This document shows positions 19,082-29,471 of a DNA stretch of 64,000 bases, in pieces; the first letter of the stretch is position 1; each line of letters starts with the position of its first letter. The DNA is taken from assembly GCA_963677435.1 (NCBI GenBank), contig OY781945.1, positions 1,952,001 through 2,016,000 on the forward strand, written 5' to 3'. The notes beneath the pieces are model-generated. The model saw only the letters and a list, made by a program, of their open reading frames with translations. It was not told the origin of the DNA and did no database searches. This DNA is from an uncultured Aliarcobacter sp. GTDB lineage: Bacteria; Campylobacterota; Campylobacteria; Campylobacterales; Arcobacteraceae. The translations under genes were made by a program, and so were the position numbers.

Positions 19082-21451
19082 CTAAACTTCCACAACCCGC
19101 TCAAACATCTCTTTTATTTCCATTTCATGGCTTATCAGAAATATTTGTCTATATTGTTCTTTGATAGTATGGAAGGCTTCTAGGATTTCCATTCGTCTTG
19201 CTTCATCTTGGCTTCCGAACACTTCATCAAAGGCTAGAAATTCTACGCTACTTGCGCCACTTAATTCACTGAGTGTTTTTGATATGGCGATTCTTAAAAC
19301 TAAGTTTGCTAGGTCTATTTCACCACCACTAAATCTTTCGATTGGGTATTTTTTTCCTTCATCATAAATGTAAAAGTCAAAGTCATTTGATACTTCTATG
19401 TGTTGGTATTTACCTTTTGTGATTTGGGCGTACATAGTTGAGGCAATCTCAGAGATTCTTGGTGCTACTTTTGAGTTTAGTTTTGTTTTAAACTCGGCTA
19501 GGCTTATTTTGATTTTTTCGTAGTCGTTTAGGTCATCTTTTTTTGTTTGTACTTTTGATAGCTGTATTTCGTTGTTATTTAGGCTCTCTTGGATAGTTTT
19601 GATTTGTCCTTGGATAGTGGCTATTTTTACTTTTAGTTCATTTATAACAGCTGTTAGGCTATCTTTTTTGGCTTGTACCTCATCGTATTGTTTTATTTTT
19701 TCTTGGTGTTTTACCTCATCGTAGTTTATAGCTTGGAATTCTAGGTCTTTTTGTAAAAGTTCTAGGTTGTATTTGTCTTGGTTTTGAATTGAGGTTTGTA
19801 GTTCTTCTTTTATACTATCTACTCTTTTTAGCATAGTTTCAAGACTTAGTACATATTCGTATTTTGTTTTTAGCTCTTTTTGTTTTAAAAGTAGTTGTTC
19901 GTGTATAGTATTATCGTAAGAGTAGATTTCTAGTTTTGCTAGTTCGGCTTTGTTTTTAACACCTTTTTGTGTCACTTTTTCAAAATGCTCTTTTTGGATT
20001 GTTAAGTCTCTGTTTTTACTCTCTATTAGATTTATTGCTTTTGATAGTTCAAAGTGTTCTTTTATATATGCTTTTTGAGACTCTTCTATTTGCTCTTTGT
20101 TTTTTTGTATCTCTTCTAGGTTTATAGAGGCTTTGTCAATTTTTTCTTTTTGTGTTGTTTTTACTATATGCTCTAATGAGAGTATTACATTATCATACTC
20201 ATCAAGAAGTGGTCTTGTACATGTTGGACAATTTGACTCACGGCCTAAGTTTGTGATATTTTCTATCTTTTTTGAAATATCACTTATTAGCTTTTGCTCT
20301 CCTGCTATTTCTTGAAGTAGTGTTTTTTCTTGAGTTTGTATTTGTAGAAGTGTTTGTTTTATACTCTCTAGTTTTAGCTCAAGGGCTTTTTCTTTTTCTA
20401 CTAGCTCTTTATGCTCTTTTGTTTCAAACTCTAAAAGGCTTATTGTCTCTTTTGATTTTTTGTACTGATCTCTCAGTTCATTTTGCTCTAGGATTAAACC
20501 CTCTTTTCTTATGTGAAACTCTTTTAGTTTCTCTTGCTCTTTTATACTCTCATGTAAGCTTATATACTCTTCTTTTACACTTTGTAATCCTCTAAGCTCT
20601 TCTTGTTTAGTTTTTAGGTTATTTAGCTCAAGGGATAGCTTATCTTGATTTACTTGATGAGATTTTATACTATTTTTTAGAAGTTCACATCTTGCGTGTA
20701 GGTTTTGTTTTTGCTCTTTTGTTTTTGTATATAGTTCTAACTCTTGTTTTATAGTTTGTTCTTCTATTTTTGTATTATCTAAAAGTGTTGTTCTAGTGCT
20801 TATATCTTTTTGTATCTCTTGGCTTTGTTTTGTATACTCTACTATATACTCTTTTTTAATACTTATATCTTCAGCACTTAATAATACTTCTGTAAATGCC
20901 CCTATTTCTCGCTTTAGTTCTCGGCTTTTTTCTATTAGCTCTTTTTCTACAAAATCTATCTTTTCAAGACCTAGAAGTTTTCTTATCATCTTCTTTCGCT
21001 CTTCTGGTTTACTATTACTTAAACTTGTAAGTTCCTTTTGACTAGCAAATAAAGTATGAACAAAAGCATCTTTACTCATCTTTGTAAGATTCATTATGCT
21101 TGTAGTTACTTCTTTTGCTCCTGTTGTTATAAGTTCAGTGTTTTTATATAGTTTTGCATTGGCAGTTAGTGTTTTTCCTCTAAACTCTCTTATTACTTTA
21201 TACTCTATAGTGTCAAACTCAAAATCTAGCTCTACTATAACTGCATCTTTTGAAGAGGCATTTGAATTTCTTACTACTTCTTTATCACCTTTGCTTTTTA
21301 GTTCTCCATATAGGGCAAAGAGTATAGCTTCAAAGATAGTAGATTTTCCAGCGCCATTTTTTCCTATGATTCCTATAAGTCCTGATTCAAAGGCTATTTC
21401 AAAATTTGTGTACTTTTTGAAGTTTTCTAGTTTTAGATTAGTTAGTATCAT
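19082..21451 (-). CDS. sbcC: SbcC/Rad50-like SMC ATPase
   Basis: GKNGAGKST, long coiled coil with CPTC zinc hook, FSGGE signature, LAFDEVFGSQD, ISH. Confidence 0.9.
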   Translation of the reverse strand: MILTNLKLENFKKYTNFEIAFESGLIGIIGKNGAGKSTIFEAILFALYGELKSKGDKEVVRNSNASSKDAVIVELDFEFDTIEYKVIREFRGKTLTANAKLYKNTELITTGAKEVTTSIMNLTKMSKDAFVHTLFASQKELTSLSNSKPEERKKMIRKLLGLEKIDFVEKELIEKSRELKREIGAFTEVLLSAEDISIKKEYIVEYTKQSQEIQKDISTRTTLLDNTKIEEQTIKQELELYTKTKEQKQNLHARCELLKNSIKSHQVNQDKLSLELNNLKTKQEELRGLQSVKEEYISLHESIKEQEKLKEFHIRKEGLILEQNELRDQYKKSKETISLLEFETKEHKELVEKEKALELKLESIKQTLLQIQTQEKTLLQEIAGEQKLISDISKKIENITNLGRESNCPTCTRPLLDEYDNVILSLEHIVKTTQKEKIDKASINLEEIQKNKEQIEESQKAYIKEHFELSKAINLIESKNRDLTIQKEHFEKVTQKGVKNKAELAKLEIYSYDNTIHEQLLLKQKELKTKYEYVLSLETMLKRVDSIKEELQTSIQNQDKYNLELLQKDLEFQAINYDEVKHQEKIKQYDEVQAKKDSLTAVINELKVKIATIQGQIKTIQESLNNNEIQLSKVQTKKDDLNDYEKIKISLAEFKTKLNSKVAPRISEIASTMYAQITKGKYQHIEVSNDFDFYIYDEGKKYPIERFSGGEIDLANLVLRIAISKTLSELSGASSVEFLAFDEVFGSQDEARRMEILEAFHTIKEQYRQIFLISHEMEIKEMFERVVEV

Positions 21452-22556
21452 AACTTAACTCCTCGTATTTAGAAAATAGTTCTTGTACCTTTGATTTTAG
21501 TCTTTCATACTCTTTATCTTCACTCTCTTCTTTTATATGCTCTAAGAAATACTCTTCTAGTGATATGGCTTCTAGGTTTTGTATATCTGAGTTTGAATCA
21601 CTTTTTTTAAACTCTCTTTTTATACTCACACTCATGGCACTTGGAAATATATCTTTGATTTGTTTGTTTTGTATATCTATAGAACTTAGTGGCGTAAGAT
21701 TTTTTAGTTTTACTTCTACTATAGCATCAAGGCAATCACTAACATCAAGATTTTGTATAGAAGTTTCATAATCCTCACAATCAATCTCTTTTTGTCGTAT
21801 AGCTCTTATGTTTATCTCTTTATACTCTATAGTTAAACTCTCTTCTAAAGTTGCAAGTATAAAACCTTTTGAGTTTCGTTTGTCATTTAGACTTGTTCTC
21901 TCACTACTTCCACTATAATAAACATTTTCATATTTACCAACAGCACCAAAGCCATGCCAATGTCCAAGTGCTACATAATCCATTTTAGAAAAGATATACT
22001 CTTTATCAGATGGATAAACCCACTCTCCAAACTCTTGCATCAAATACCAAGCTCCAACACTACAATGCATCATCATAATATTTTTTTTAGATTCACTTAT
22101 ATTTGCTTCACATGATTCTATTTGCATCAGGGCTTTTGTATCATCATTTAGATGAGGTAAAGTATGAAATACCACGTCATCAAACTCTATTTTTTTATAC
22201 TCTTGATTATATGAGACATAGATATTTTTAAAGTTCTCAAAAATCTTTAGAATTGGTGAGCTGAGGTTAGTTCGTGGAGTTGAGTGATTTCCAGCTATTA
22301 AGATAAATGGAATATCCAAAGACTCTATTTCTTTGAACTTTTCAAGAGCAAAGGTAATTGCTCTATTACTTGGACTACTTCGATGAAATAAATCGCCAGT
22401 ATGGATTATATAATCTGGTTTGATCGTTTTGATTTGTTCAACTATTTGGGAAAAAGCATCGTAAAAATCTGCTTCTCTTTGGTTTATATTTTCATTGTTT
22501 ATTATATCAAGGTCATTAAAACCTAGATGAGTATCGCTAAAATGTAGAATTTTCAA
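21438..22556 (-). CDS. sbcD: SbcD/Mre11-like metallophosphoesterase nuclease
   Basis: SDTHLG, TGDLF, AGNHS, ALGHWH, YSGS motifs. Confidence 0.9.
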   Translation of the reverse strand: MKILHFSDTHLGFNDLDIINNENINQREADFYDAFSQIVEQIKTIKPDYIIHTGDLFHRSSPSNRAITFALEKFKEIESLDIPFILIAGNHSTPRTNLSSPILKIFENFKNIYVSYNQEYKKIEFDDVVFHTLPHLNDDTKALMQIESCEANISESKKNIMMMHCSVGAWYLMQEFGEWVYPSDKEYIFSKMDYVALGHWHGFGAVGKYENVYYSGSSERTSLNDKRNSKGFILATLEESLTIEYKEINIRAIRQKEIDCEDYETSIQNLDVSDCLDAIVEVKLKNLTPLSSIDIQNKQIKDIFPSAMSVSIKREFKKSDSNSDIQNLEAISLEEYFLEHIKEESEDKEYERLKSKVQELFSKYEELSYDTN

Positions 22557-22590
22557 AGTTTAATCTTTTTGTTTTATTTTGTTAATAAAT

Positions 22591-22622
22591 ATTATAACAG
22601 ACAAATGACTCTCAAATGACTC
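22591..22622 (-). promoter_or_regulatory. Promoter GAGTCATTT-N2-GAGTCATTT-N6-TATAAT upstream of sbcD
   Basis: 9-bp direct repeat with 11-bp period next to a -10 box; same arrangement at 56362-56393. Confidence 0.7.
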
Positions 22623-22672
22623 AATTTCTCTTTTACTTGTTTTATTGCATATAAAATCTTATAATTCCAACC

Positions 22673-23527
22673 ATGGAAGATTTACTTGAAATCAAATTTT
22701 TATCAAGCCTAGAAAATGATGGCTTTGAAATTCTCACTTTAGATAAACTATTAGGAAAATATGATTTAACAAATCACTATATGACTAAACCCCATCGAAT
22801 CAAGTTTTACAATATTTTATATTTTACAAATGCAGATGATTATCACTATGTTGATTTCAAAGAATATCCAGTAAAAAAAGGCTCATTGATTTTTTTGAAT
22901 AAAAATCAAATACATAACTTTAGTAAAACTGCAAACTATCAAGGATATATCATCCTTTTTACTGATAAGTTTTTAAGTAGAAACCTTATCAATATCCAAA
23001 AAGTTTTTTATAATATCTTATCAAAGCCATATATTTTAGATAATTGTTTTGAAGAGTTTGAAACAATTTTCAAACAACTACTAAGTGAATATCAAGATAA
23101 AAACAATCTTTTTAAAGAGAAGATATTTACCTTACTTTTTAATTATCTGATTTTAAAATCTGAAAAGCTTTTATCACTCAATCTTGATAATAATCAAAAT
23201 GAAAAATATCTTACAATATTTGAAGAGTTCACAAAATTACTACAAGAAAACTATCAATTATCAAGAAATGTAAACTTTTATGCACAAAAACTCAATATCT
23301 CTTCTAAACACTTAAATATCTTATGTAAAAAGTTTTTAAATCTAAGTGCCAAAAATACCATTGATAATTACATCATTTTAGAAGCAAAAAGAGAACTAAT
23401 CTCAAACTTACCTATCAAAGAGATAGCTTACAAATTGGGCTTTATTGAAACAACAAACTTTGTTAAATATTTCAAAAAACAGACAAATATCTCACCTTCA
23501 AAATTTAAAGAACAATTAGGCTTTTAG
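22673..23527 (+). CDS. AraC family transcriptional regulator
   Basis: PHR..FY cupin N-terminus; IKEIAYKLGF...NFVKYFKK.T..SP. Confidence 0.93.
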   Translation: MEDLLEIKFLSSLENDGFEILTLDKLLGKYDLTNHYMTKPHRIKFYNILYFTNADDYHYVDFKEYPVKKGSLIFLNKNQIHNFSKTANYQGYIILFTDKFLSRNLINIQKVFYNILSKPYILDNCFEEFETIFKQLLSEYQDKNNLFKEKIFTLLFNYLILKSEKLLSLNLDNNQNEKYLTIFEEFTKLLQENYQLSRNVNFYAQKLNISSKHLNILCKKFLNLSAKNTIDNYIILEAKRELISNLPIKEIAYKLGFIETTNFVKYFKKQTNISPSKFKEQLGF

Positions 23528-23617
23528 TTTCATATTTACCATTTTTAATACTATTTTAACCTTTAAAAGATTTTTCATAAAGTGTAAACTTTCCTCATAT
23601 AAATCAAAGGATACAAA

Positions 23618-24316
23618 ATGAAAAAAAGAAATATATTATTAACAACAATTACTCTAATCTCTTTAGCATACTCATCATTAAATGCACAAGAGTTAAGTCA
23701 AAAGGAGAAAAGTATCTCACTTTTAGAGAAAGCTTTTTCAACAAATCAAGATAGAAGTGGTTTATCTTATATAAATGATAAAAAATATATTCAGCACAAT
23801 CTTTTTGCACAAGATGGAATTGGTGGATTAAAAGGATATTTGGATTATCTAAAAGGTCAAGAGTTAGAATATAAAGTTTTAATTGCATTTGAAGATAACA
23901 ACTATGCTGTAACTTTTTCTTTGTCTAAACAAGGAAAAGAAACAAATAAAGTTATTGATATTTTCAGATTTGAAAAAGGATTAATAGTTGAGCATTGGGA
24001 TAATGCTGAAGCACTAAAAAAAGATGACAACTTAAAAGTTGAAAAAACTGTTGATTTAGATAAAACCCAAGCAAATAAAAAATTAGTTAAAGAATTAATA
24101 GATAAAAAAGTATTAGATGGCACTTATCTGAAAAACCATTTGATTTTAGCTCAAGGTAATTTTGTTTTGGCACTAAATGAAATAGAAAAAGATAATCAAA
24201 AGATTTCACTATATGAACTTTTTGATGTAAAAGATTCAAAAATAGTTAAAAAATGGGATATTGAAGAAAAAATTCCACCTCTTTCACAATGGCAAAACTC
24301 AAACGGGAAATTTTAA
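23618..24316 (+). CDS. Exported SnoaL/NTF2-like protein
   Basis: Signal peptide, YIQHN, DIFRF..G.IVEHWD, tandem degenerate domain. Confidence 0.8.
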   Translation: MKKRNILLTTITLISLAYSSLNAQELSQKEKSISLLEKAFSTNQDRSGLSYINDKKYIQHNLFAQDGIGGLKGYLDYLKGQELEYKVLIAFEDNNYAVTFSLSKQGKETNKVIDIFRFEKGLIVEHWDNAEALKKDDNLKVEKTVDLDKTQANKKLVKELIDKKVLDGTYLKNHLILAQGNFVLALNEIEKDNQKISLYELFDVKDSKIVKKWDIEEKIPPLSQWQNSNGKF

Positions 24317-24340
24317 AGATGGCTTTTGCCATCTTTATTT
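24316..24340 (+). terminator. Rho-independent terminator
   Basis: AAAGATGGC-TTTT-GCCATCTTT inverted repeat right after the stop codon. Confidence 0.7.
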
Positions 24341-24702
24341 GATATTGAATATCTATTAAATCAACTTATAATGCTTATACTTCAATTATTTATAAAATTC
24401 ATAGTAAAAAACCTCTTAAAAGCTTGTATTATAGAATAAGATAATGCTACAATTTTATTACGAGAGTATAACTATCTTCAAATTTTTATCGTTTTTATCG
24501 TAATGTCAATTTTTTTATATTGAATTCAATAACAACTCTTCTTATTACTTGAAAAAGTAGTTTGACCATTATAATATTTCTGGAAGTCATTGTGCTCTTA
24601 AACCATGAAGTCATCACTAATTGGTTCATATTGTAATTAGCTGTAAAATTACAAAAGAGATTTAATTTTCTGATTATCATAATTATTAGATAAGGAAGTT
24701 TT

Positions 24703-24798
24703 ATGGAATATGTTAGTGAATTAATATGGTTAAGTCTTTAGCCCATTGTTATATCAATAGATATAAACTTTATACAAAAAATGCAACAAAAGGAATAA
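24703..24798 (+). pseudogene. Small membrane-peptide ORF interrupted by TAG (MEYVSELIWLSL*PIVISIDINFIQKMQQKE)
   Basis: AAGGA RBS, hydrophobic stretch, in-frame TAG at 24739 where TGG would give LWP. Confidence 0.35.
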
Positions 24799-24799
24799 A

Positions 24800-25195
24800 A
24801 TGATTGCAATACCAATAAAAATCAAAAAAGAAACTTGTTCTGTATCCACACTATTTGGAAAAGCTAAATATTTTGCGTTAATAAACAACAACATCATTGA
24901 AATTGTTAAAAATGAACAAACAAGCGGAAAAGCAGTAGCTGCTTGGTTAAAAAGCAAAAATGTAAATATACTTATCACTTCTCACATGAGAGAAAAACCT
25001 TTTTCAAGCCTTTTAAATGACAATATTCAAGTATATTTAGCAAAAGACAAAGAAGCAGAAATAAATAAAATTTTATTACAATATGCAGATGGTGAGTTAC
25101 CAATTTTAGATAAAGAAAGTTTCAATTTATATTTTAAAAAGTATTCTTTCAAAAGAAACTTAAATTCTAAAATCGCTCATAAAGCCCATTACTAA
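24800..25195 (+). CDS. NifB/NifX family (dinitrogenase FeMo-cofactor-binding-like) protein
   Basis: IAIP...STLFGKAKYF pattern. Confidence 0.75.
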   Translation: MIAIPIKIKKETCSVSTLFGKAKYFALINNNIIEIVKNEQTSGKAVAAWLKSKNVNILITSHMREKPFSSLLNDNIQVYLAKDKEAEINKILLQYADGELPILDKESFNLYFKKYSFKRNLNSKIAHKAHY

Positions 25196-25231
25196 AAAAA
25201 TTACAGAATAGAAATTTTAAAAATTTCTATT

Positions 25232-25672
25232 CTATTTTTTTTCTATTGTGGCATGATTTTTATGGGTTTTTAAAACTATTACCTTTTCACCCTCAACAAA
25301 CTCTTTTTCATCAAGTTCTGAATCAATATCCCAATAAGTAGCTTTATAAAAAACCTTTGAATTTTTAATTTCTCCTATTCCTTTTTCATCTAAAAAATTA
25401 TCTGAAATGTTTTTTCTTGATTTTAAAAAAGTTTCTAATACTTTTTTTCTAAATAGTATTAATAAAATCAATGAAAGAATAGAAGCTATTGCAATTTGCC
25501 AAACACCATCTGAAAAGATATAAACATAACTAATTAAAGCAGTTAAAACAAATCCAAATCCAAACCAAATAAGAACAAAAGATGCAATAACAGCTTCAAA
25601 AGCTATTAATGCAACTCCTATTGCAAGTAGGATATATGGGTCAATTACATTAAGAATTATTTGAGTTGGCAT
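25232..25672 (-). CDS. NfeD family membrane protein (start uncertain)
   Basis: N-terminal TM helices plus OB-fold tail (YKATYW); adjacent to SPFH gene. Confidence 0.8.
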   Translation of the reverse strand: MPTQIILNVIDPYILLAIGVALIAFEAVIASFVLIWFGFGFVLTALISYVYIFSDGVWQIAIASILSLILLILFRKKVLETFLKSRKNISDNFLDEKGIGEIKNSKVFYKATYWDIDSELDEKEFVEGEKVIVLKTHKNHATIEKK

Positions 25673-26579
25673 TACTTACACCTTTAAAAAATGCGTCACC
25701 TAAAACAGAAGTTGCTCCAACCATTTGTGCCACATCATAAGGTAAAATCATTTTATCTGTTGATCCACTTTCAGCCAATGCTCTAAATGCTGCAATTCTA
25801 TCTTTTGCAAGTAAGAATTCTGCTGCTTTTTCATTTTCCATCATAGAAATATTTATAAGTCTCATAGCTTCTTGTTGCCCAGCCGCCATTTGTTCTTGTT
25901 CATATCTTTTTGCATCTGCCATTCTTTCAATTGCTTCTGCTTTTAAAATCTCTTCTTGTTTGAAACCCTCAGCTTTTCTAATAACTGCTTCTTTATCAGC
26001 TCGTGCTTTTGTTTCGATTGCTCTTTTTTCTCTTTCTGCTTCCATTTGCATATTCATAGCTCGCTCAATTTCTGCTGGAACTGATATATCAGAGATTTCA
26101 ACTCTTGTTACTTTGATTCCCCAGTTAGCAGCTGCACTTCCTAGCTCATTTTGTAGTTTTGCATTTAAAGTCTCTCTATTTGATAAAGTATCATCTAAAT
26201 CCATTCCACCAATTTCAGCTCTTAGAGTTGTCATTGCAAGATTTGCAATTGCATTTTTAAAATCAACTACATTATAAGTAGCTTCCATAGCATCATCAAC
26301 TTTACAAAAAACAATACCATCAATAGAGATATTTACATTATCTCTAGTAATTACTGATTGTTTTGAAATATCAACTAACTGTTCTCTTGAAGTTAAGATA
26401 GCTCTTACTTGGTCAATTACTGGAATAATAAGATGAAAACCACCATGAAGTTCTTTATTAAACTTTCCTAATCTCTCGATAACATATAAATCAGATTGAG
26501 GAACAATCTTAACACCCTTTACAATAATTATAAACACAAAAAATATTATTGCAACAGCAAATACGATACTTGTTTCCAT
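25650..26579 (-). CDS. SPFH/stomatin (band 7) protein
   Basis: VIERLGKF, ITRDNV, LRAEIG, WGIKVTRVEI, QMEAEREKRA. Confidence 0.93.
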   Translation of the reverse strand: METSIVFAVAIIFFVFIIIVKGVKIVPQSDLYVIERLGKFNKELHGGFHLIIPVIDQVRAILTSREQLVDISKQSVITRDNVNISIDGIVFCKVDDAMEATYNVVDFKNAIANLAMTTLRAEIGGMDLDDTLSNRETLNAKLQNELGSAAANWGIKVTRVEISDISVPAEIERAMNMQMEAEREKRAIETKARADKEAVIRKAEGFKQEEILKAEAIERMADAKRYEQEQMAAGQQEAMRLINISMMENEKAAEFLLAKDRIAAFRALAESGSTDKMILPYDVAQMVGATSVLGDAFFKGVSNANSNNS

Positions 26580-26605
26580 TGGATTCCTTTATTTTAAGTT
26601 AAGTC

Positions 26606-26639
26606 ATTCTATCAGAAACCTGTCACATTTTATGTCACA
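26606..26639 (-). promoter_or_regulatory. Direct repeat TGTGACA-N5-TGTGACA-N9-TAGAAT
   Basis: Tandem heptamers upstream of the SPFH operon; same spacing at 44872-44905. Confidence 0.5.
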
Positions 26640-26658
26640 GGTTTTAATAATCAAATAT

Positions 26659-27588
26659 TTACCTACTTTTGAACCATTCTTTTTGCTCTTGTTTATCAAA
26701 AAAAGTCCAAGCGATAACTCTTGTGATTTTTTGTCCTTGTGACATATCTATAGTTTTTATTTCAACGGCTTTTATATCTTCTAATGCTTTATAAATAAAA
26801 GGTAAATTCTCTTTTTTTGAAACTAATGTTGTAAACCAAAGGGAATTGTTTTGAAACTCTAAACTCTCTTTTATCATGTTTTTTATGAAAGTTACTTCTC
26901 CACCTTTGCACCAAAGTTCATTGTTTTTTCCACCAAAATTTAGAGCACTTTTTGCAGTTTTTTGTTTTGTTAGGTTTTGAACTTTTCTTTTATTTCCTTC
27001 TGTTGCATCTTTTAAAGATTTATGAAAAGGTGGATTGCAAAGTGTAAAATCGTAGATATCTTCTTTATTTATGATTCCTCTAAAGATATTCTCAGGTTTT
27101 GATTGTAGTTTACATTTAATTTTTTCTTTTAAAGAGTCATTTGAATTTACGACATTTTCAACAGATTTTATAGCCTCTACTTCAATATCACTTCCCACAA
27201 AATCCCAATCATAAACACTAGCGCCAATAATTGCGTAAATACCATTTGCTCCAATTCCAACATCTAAACCAATTATCGCTTTTCCTTTTGGAATAACTCC
27301 ATTGTTACAACTTGCAAGTAAATCAGCTATATGATGAATATAATCAGCACGGCCTGGAATTGGTGGACATAAATATCCATTTGGAATAGAATAATTTTCT
27401 ATTGCATAAAAATGAGCCAATAAGGCTTGATTTAAAGCAATAACAGCTTGAGGATTTGCAAAATCTATTGATAAATCCCCATATTTATTTTCTTTTACAA
27501 ACTCTTGTAATTGGGGTTTTGTTTTTATAAGACTTGGAAAGTCATATCTATTATTGTGAAGATTTCTTGGGTGTAATGTTTTTGTCAT
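26659..27588 (-). CDS. rlmF: 23S rRNA m6A1618 methyltransferase
   Basis: LHPRNLH, LCPPIPGRADYIH, CNPPFH, MSQGQK. Confidence 0.95.
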   Translation of the reverse strand: MTKTLHPRNLHNNRYDFPSLIKTKPQLQEFVKENKYGDLSIDFANPQAVIALNQALLAHFYAIENYSIPNGYLCPPIPGRADYIHHIADLLASCNNGVIPKGKAIIGLDVGIGANGIYAIIGASVYDWDFVGSDIEVEAIKSVENVVNSNDSLKEKIKCKLQSKPENIFRGIINKEDIYDFTLCNPPFHKSLKDATEGNKRKVQNLTKQKTAKSALNFGGKNNELWCKGGEVTFIKNMIKESLEFQNNSLWFTTLVSKKENLPFIYKALEDIKAVEIKTIDMSQGQKITRVIAWTFFDKQEQKEWFKSR

Positions 27589-27599
27589 AATTTGTCTTT

Positions 27600-27974
27600 T
27601 TATAGATTTGTAAAAGTTAGTAATGCTTTTGCAATAACTCTTGTTTCTTCTTTTTTATAAATCAAGTGTGAGAAATCTGGATTTATTGAGATGAAGTACT
27701 CTTTTTCATCTATGATTTTTGCTTTTTTAATCCACATTCTTCCGTCTTTATAAACTAAAAATATAGCTTCATCTTCAAACTCTTTTTGAGATAAATCAGC
27801 AACAACCAAAGCTTTATCATTGATAAGTGTTTGCATTGATTTTCCATCTACTTGTATTACAAAAAGTGAATTAATCTTGTATGGAGTTTTTAATAAATCT
27901 TTTGAGAATTCTAACTCTTTTTTTTCAATTTTTCCAGCTATTTCTTGATGATATTCTAATTTTATTGTATTCAT
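27600..27974 (-). CDS. S24/S26 peptidase-domain protein
   Basis: VDGKSM catalytic Ser and WIKK catalytic Lys; no HTH. Confidence 0.7.
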   Translation of the reverse strand: MNTIKLEYHQEIAGKIEKKELEFSKDLLKTPYKINSLFVIQVDGKSMQTLINDKALVVADLSQKEFEDEAIFLVYKDGRMWIKKAKIIDEKEYFISINPDFSHLIYKKEETRVIAKALLTFTNL

Positions 27975-28822
27975 TTAATTATATTTTTTAGATTTAAATT
28001 AAATCTATTTCCTTCTTCTAAAGTATCTATATTTATTGCAATTTTGTTTTTATCACAAAACTCTTTTACCATGGCAAGACCTAAACCAAAACCATCTTTT
28101 TTTGAGTCTTCTTGAAAATATTTATCAAAAACTATAAAAAGATTTTTTGTATCTATTTGCTCACCACTATTATAAATAGAAAAAATATTCTCTTTGAAAA
28201 ATATTTCTACTATTGGGTTTTCTTTTACATTGTATTTAATTGCATTTGAGATTAGATTATCAATAGTTTTTTCAAAACCATTCAAATCTGTAAAAAGTCT
28301 AATATTTGGAATATTTACTAAAATCTTCACATCTTTTTTTATATCATCAAATTTTTCGACACAATTTGTTACTAATTCATCTAAATAAAATTCTTGCTTT
28401 TCAATTTTATCTATCTCTTTTTTTATGTTGTATTCCATGTTTTCATATAGTTTTAAAAGATTATTAGATGCTTGTTTGATTCTATCTAATCTTTTTAAGC
28501 TCTTTTCATCGGTGATTGTTTTTTCCAAAAGTTGAGTATTCATCTTAATCGTAGAAACTGGAATATTTAACTCATGAATTGTCTCTTTAATACTAAGTTC
28601 TAATTTTTCATCACTTTTAAATAGAGGTTTTAAGATAGAGATTGAGAAACTCAAAAATATTCCTAAACCTAAAATTATCAAAGGAATAATAATAAATACA
28701 AAATTATCAGGATTTAATCCAAATCTTGAAATAAAAAAATAGTTTAAGTACAAAATAATTATCAATGAAAATACAAAAACTATAGAAATTGAAATTAAAA
28801 AATCTCTTTTTTTAGAATTCAA
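27971..28822 (-). CDS. Sensor histidine kinase
   Basis: HELNIP H-box, NLISNAIKY, GFGLGL. Confidence 0.92.
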   Translation of the reverse strand: MNSKKRDFLISISIVFVFSLIIILYLNYFFISRFGLNPDNFVFIIIPLIILGLGIFLSFSISILKPLFKSDEKLELSIKETIHELNIPVSTIKMNTQLLEKTITDEKSLKRLDRIKQASNNLLKLYENMEYNIKKEIDKIEKQEFYLDELVTNCVEKFDDIKKDVKILVNIPNIRLFTDLNGFEKTIDNLISNAIKYNVKENPIVEIFFKENIFSIYNSGEQIDTKNLFIVFDKYFQEDSKKDGFGLGLAMVKEFCDKNKIAINIDTLEEGNRFNLNLKNIIK

Positions 28823-29471
28823 TTTTATATCCTACACCTTTGATATTTAAAATAGTATCTTTATCAAAAAGTTTTTTTATTTGATTTATATAAACTCTAA
28901 TTGACCCCTCACTATACTCTTGGCTTGTTGCCCAAAGTTTGGCAATAATCATCTCTTTTGTTACAATCTCACCTCTATTTTCAACAAAAAGTTCAAGTAA
29001 TTCAAGAACCTTTACAGGAAGATTCAAATCAACCTCATTTTCATAAACCCTTTTACTTGTTGGGTTAAAAATAAGAGAATCGGAAAGTCTTATTACATCA
29101 AATTGTTTTTTATTTCTTTTAAGAAGTGCTTTAATTCGTAAAAGTAACTCATCCAAATCAGCTGGTTTTTTTAAATAATCATCACAGCCATTTAAAAATG
29201 CAGTTTGTAAAGTATCTTTATCTTTGTAAGAAGTTAAAAAAATTGAAGGAGTATTATCCCCAGAGTTTCGCAACTGCACAAGTAAATCCAAACCATTAAT
29301 TTTAGGTACATTAATATCTAAAAGATACAAGTCATAATTTTTTTTAAAATTTAATTCTAAACACTCTTCACCATCACTTGCAATATCAACTTCAAAACCC
29401 TCATCGCTCAAAAAATCTTCAACCGTAGAGGCGAAAAGTTCATCATCTTCTAAAACTAAAATTTTGTACAA
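28812..29471 (-). CDS. OmpR-family response regulator
   Basis: LEDD, LLDINVP, DDYLKKP, winged-helix C-terminus. Confidence 0.93.
   Translation of the reverse strand: MYKILVLEDDELFASTVEDFLSDEGFEVDIASDGEECLELNFKKNYDLYLLDINVPKINGLDLLVQLRNSGDNTPSIFLTSYKDKDTLQTAFLNGCDDYLKKPADLDELLLRIKALLKRNKKQFDVIRLSDSLIFNPTSKRVYENEVDLNLPVKVLELLELFVENRGEIVTKEMIIAKLWATSQEYSEGSIRVYINQIKKLFDKDTILNIKGVGYKIEF

Noticed and set aside
24495..24680. 61-aa minus-strand ORF
   Set aside because: No recognisable RBS or motif; possibly decayed sequence
27600..27974. LexA repressor
   Set aside because: Only the peptidase domain is present, with no DNA-binding domain
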